Assembly (NCBI GenBank): GCA_018053685.1
Contig: JAGPKW010000001.1
Span: forward strand, 1-29,081
Reading direction: 5' to 3'
DNA length: 29,081 nt
Source of the DNA: Patescibacteria group bacterium
GTDB lineage: Bacteria; Patescibacteriota; Patescibacteriia; JAGPKW01
Position 1 is the stretch's first letter; every line of letters begins with the position of its first letter. The position numbers and the translations under genes are program-made. Under the pieces are notes generated by a model that saw only the letters and a list, made by a program, of their open reading frames with translations, was not told the DNA's origin and did not search any database. This document shows, in pieces, positions 26,914-29,081 of the stretch.

Positions 26914-26921
26914 CAAATATA
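26914..26921 (-). promoter_or_regulatory. Bacteroidota -7 box TATATTTG(CA)
   Basis: Consensus match in the 35-nt gap, 17 nt upstream of the ATG at 26896. Confidence 0.55.
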
Positions 26922-26931
26922 ATATTTTCAT

Positions 26932-27519
26932 TTAAATAATAGGTTTTAATTCGTAAAAATTTTTTGGTAGCAATTTTCTTTTAATAAATTCATCAATAAT
27001 CATTTTTGGAGTAATACCCAATTTATTAAGAGTTGCTTCTTTAGGAATTGGCAACATCCAATCTGCATCTCCGTCTTTTACTTGTTGATTTTCATCTGTG
27101 AATATTGCATTAAATAATTTTGTTTCAGCAGCATAGAATACCTTTGCTTTCATTACATGAAGGATTTTTTGAGCCTTTTGATAATTTCTAATAATTTTTG
27201 CCAAAACATCAGTTGACATTTCAGCTCTTTCTTGTTTTGAGTAATTATCTAATCCATACATGAGCCTTCTATACATTTGTCTTTGTACATTGTTAAGCTC
27301 TAATTTATCAACAGTAACTTCAACATCAGTACTTCTTTTGCTTTGTTGTTGATGTTGCACTAATCCTTCTTTTTTTAATTGATAAAACATTTGGTTGCCT
27401 GCTTTAGGTTTCCATTGTTCATATTTATAAAAAGAAGATTTACCATTTTTATTTACAACTATGCCATGTCTATTGGCAGAAACAACCTTAGAGTTGTCTT
27501 TTTTTACTCTTATTCTCAT
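26932..27519 (-). CDS. Conserved phage hypothetical protein (195 aa, basic)
   Basis: AAAATTATG start; long intact ORF. Confidence 0.75.
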   Translation of the reverse strand: MRIRVKKDNSKVVSANRHGIVVNKNGKSSFYKYEQWKPKAGNQMFYQLKKEGLVQHQQQSKRSTDVEVTVDKLELNNVQRQMYRRLMYGLDNYSKQERAEMSTDVLAKIIRNYQKAQKILHVMKAKVFYAAETKLFNAIFTDENQQVKDGDADWMLPIPKEATLNKLGITPKMIIDEFIKRKLLPKNFYELKPII

Positions 27520-27546
27520 AATTTTTAAATTTATTTTGTTAATATT

Positions 27547-27837
27547 TTAATAGCCATATACTCTTATAGCTTCTTTTTCTTTGAAAATTTTGATGTCTTC
27601 ATTAGAATATATTATTCCACCATCATTATCTAAAACAACAACTGTAGGTTCTCCTATATTTTCTTCTGGTTTCATTAATTCAGAAGTCTCTGATATAGCT
27701 TTCCATTCAAAATCATATTGTATATCTGATGGCACACAAGACATTTCTAATTCTTCTAATATATTATCTAAGTCTTCTTTAGATGGATTGCCAATATCAA
27801 TTTCACAAACCATCTTAGATAAATATCTAATTTTCAT
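27547..27837 (-). CDS. Hypothetical protein (96 aa)
   Basis: Overlaps the upstream gene; ELMKPEENIGEPTVVVLDNDGGIIYSN motif. Confidence 0.7.
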   Translation of the reverse strand: MKIRYLSKMVCEIDIGNPSKEDLDNILEELEMSCVPSDIQYDFEWKAISETSELMKPEENIGEPTVVVLDNDGGIIYSNEDIKIFKEKEAIRVYGY

Positions 27838-28402
27838 CTTTTATATATCTTATTTCTTTATTATGAAATTGTGCTAATTTTGTAAAAAATAAATATTCAA
27901 ATTCATCAATGTTGCTAACTATATATATTAAAGAATAGTTTTTGAAATTAGTAGCAATATATGCTAACAATTCTCCATCATATGTATTGTTTTCATTATA
28001 ATAATAATGGAAATTAATATTTTTATTATATTCTTTATTGAATATATTAGGAGTATCCAAGCTATTCACATCTCCAATAACAAGTATATTATTATTAAAT
28101 TTACCATTTAGCTGACATTGTAATTCATCTACTATTTTAGCATATTCTTTATCAACACTAATTAGATCATTAATCATTCTAACTCCATGTATTACAGTAG
28201 CATGGTTTTGATTAAATGTTGTTTTACCAATTTCTTTTAATGACAAAGTAGTGTGTTCTCTTGCAAAATAGTAAATCATTTGTCTGAAAACAACAAGGTC
28301 TCTCCTTCTAGATTTATTTATAGGACCTTTAAATAAATTATTTTCAATAAAATAATCATTTACTGTTGAAATGATAATTTCTAATTTTTTACCATTCTTC
28401 AT
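27827..28402 (-). CDS. Protein with DnaA C-terminal (domain IV) HTH
   Basis: RRRDLVVFRQMIYYFAREHTTLSLKEIGK..FNQNHATVIHGVRMI matches the Bac_DnaA_C signature. There is no AAA+ domain. Confidence 0.8.
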   Translation of the reverse strand: MKNGKKLEIIISTVNDYFIENNLFKGPINKSRRRDLVVFRQMIYYFAREHTTLSLKEIGKTTFNQNHATVIHGVRMINDLISVDKEYAKIVDELQCQLNGKFNNNILVIGDVNSLDTPNIFNKEYNKNINFHYYYNENNTYDGELLAYIATNFKNYSLIYIVSNIDEFEYLFFTKLAQFHNKEIRYIKDEN

Positions 28403-28811
28403 AATATATGTTTTCCAATCTTTTTACTTGTTCTTCTAATCTATCTAATAGTTCGATAAACCTTTTATCTAGCCCTTCTATTGTTAATTTAAGCTGTTTA
28501 TTAAGATTATTTAAATAAACAATATCTTTATTTAAAGAGTTTATTTTATCTTCTAAAACAAGGTTATTTGCACTAAATTTAGCATTTTCTTCTTTCAGTT
28601 CATCATTGGTTTTATTGAGTTCATAAATTTGAATATTCAATTCTCTATTATTTTTTCTGAACTCATCATTTTGTTCTGATAATTCTGCTATTTGTGCTTT
28701 TAGCTTTCTTGTTGTAGTACAAGAATTACAACTGAAAATTGAAAATCCTATTATTACAAATAGTAATACACCTATTGCTATGTTTTTTAAATTTAATTTA
28801 TTCATTGTCAA
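28389..28811 (-). CDS. Membrane-anchored/lipoprotein coiled-coil protein
   Basis: KNIAIGVLLFVIIGFSIFSCNSC (TM helix plus possible lipobox), then a ~100-aa heptad coiled coil. Confidence 0.65.
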   Translation of the reverse strand: MTMNKLNLKNIAIGVLLFVIIGFSIFSCNSCTTTRKLKAQIAELSEQNDEFRKNNRELNIQIYELNKTNDELKEENAKFSANNLVLEDKINSLNKDIVYLNNLNKQLKLTIEGLDKRFIELLDRLEEQVKRLENIYYEEW

Positions 28812-28983
28812 TTAATTTAAATTTATTATTAAAATCATCTATTGACATTCTCTGATATATATTATCTGACAGTAATGTGAAAAATACAAAATTATTTTTT
28901 ACAATCGTTACATTCATTATATCAGTTTTATCATCAGATAAATGTTTTATTAAATAAAAATTGCCACTTTTTAAATCAATCAT
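28798..28983 (-). CDS. Hypothetical protein (probable start MIDLKSG)
   Basis: ATG at 28983 overlaps the stop of an upstream ORF. Confidence 0.6.
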   Translation of the reverse strand: MIDLKSGNFYLIKHLSDDKTDIMNVTIVKNNFVFFTLLSDNIYQRMSIDDFNNKFKLIDNE

Positions 28984-29080
28984 ATTTCTTTGGATTTTGT
29001 TCACAATATTCTACTAGCATATCGTAAAAAGAATCAAAACTATCTATTGTGTATGTTTTGCCATTAAAACTACATTTCAT
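28976..29080 (-). CDS. Short or 5'-truncated ORF (MKCSFNGKTYTIDSFDSFYDMLVEYCEQNPKKYD*)
   Basis: Open from the window end; its stop overlaps the next gene's start region. Confidence 0.4.
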   Translation of the reverse strand: MKCSFNGKTYTIDSFDSFYDMLVEYCEQNPKKYD

Positions 29081-29081
29081 T

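Noticed and set aside
415-27877. Opposite-strand ORFs in the track (415-600, 691-879, 2611-2808, 7394-7576, 7569-7760, 11644-11841, 12449-12688, 14770-15081, 15032-15331, 16923-17129, 18623-18829, 19929-20183, 20191-20379, 20822-21016, 22523-22708, 26170-26466, 27581-27877)
   Set aside because: All are antisense shadows of better-supported genes, with I/L/F/S-rich composition typical of reverse-read AT-rich codons and no motifs.
1-29081. Stop-codon reassignment (TAG or TGA), known in some crAss-like phages
   Set aside because: The 2004-aa late gene and all replication genes are uninterrupted in code 11. TAG and TGA serve as normal stops (for example at 7854, 12391, 9138 and 24301).
1-29081. 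Integrase, transposase, tRNA or rRNA genes
   Set aside because: No tyrosine/serine recombinase or DDE motifs and no RNA gene structures were recognised in this window.

Overview
This is an AT-rich fragment of a tailed phage, most likely Crassvirales-like and infecting Bacteroidota. It reads in the standard genetic code. The + strand (1-7854) carries the end of the virion module: a 5'-truncated ORF, a 2004-aa putative ejected/cargo protein with an N-terminal PD-(D/E)XK nuclease, a holin-like protein and an Amidase_3 endolysin. A bidirectional terminator follows. The - strand (7953-29080) carries an early/replication operon: SF2 helicase, DnaB, DnaG-type primase, AAA ATPase, probable SSB, PD-(D/E)XK exonuclease, GIY-YIG nuclease, PolB, a DnaA domain-IV protein and many small ORFs. 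Host evidence is Bacteroidota-type TAnnTTTG promoters and SD-less AATTATG starts. Two things stand out. (1) In the accessory region 9.7-11.1 kb, three consecutive genes are delimited by attC-like palindromes (TAAC...GTTA): two full hairpins plus a half-site complementary to the far end of its own unit. This looks like an integrase-less, integron-like cassette array in a phage, with genes antisense to the apparent attC polarity. (2) Four nucleotide/DNA-processing enzymes appear to have lost catalytic residues: the PolB exonuclease and fingers motif, UDG, Nudix and a cyclic-phosphate receiver domain. All family calls come from motif recognition by eye; no database search was run.
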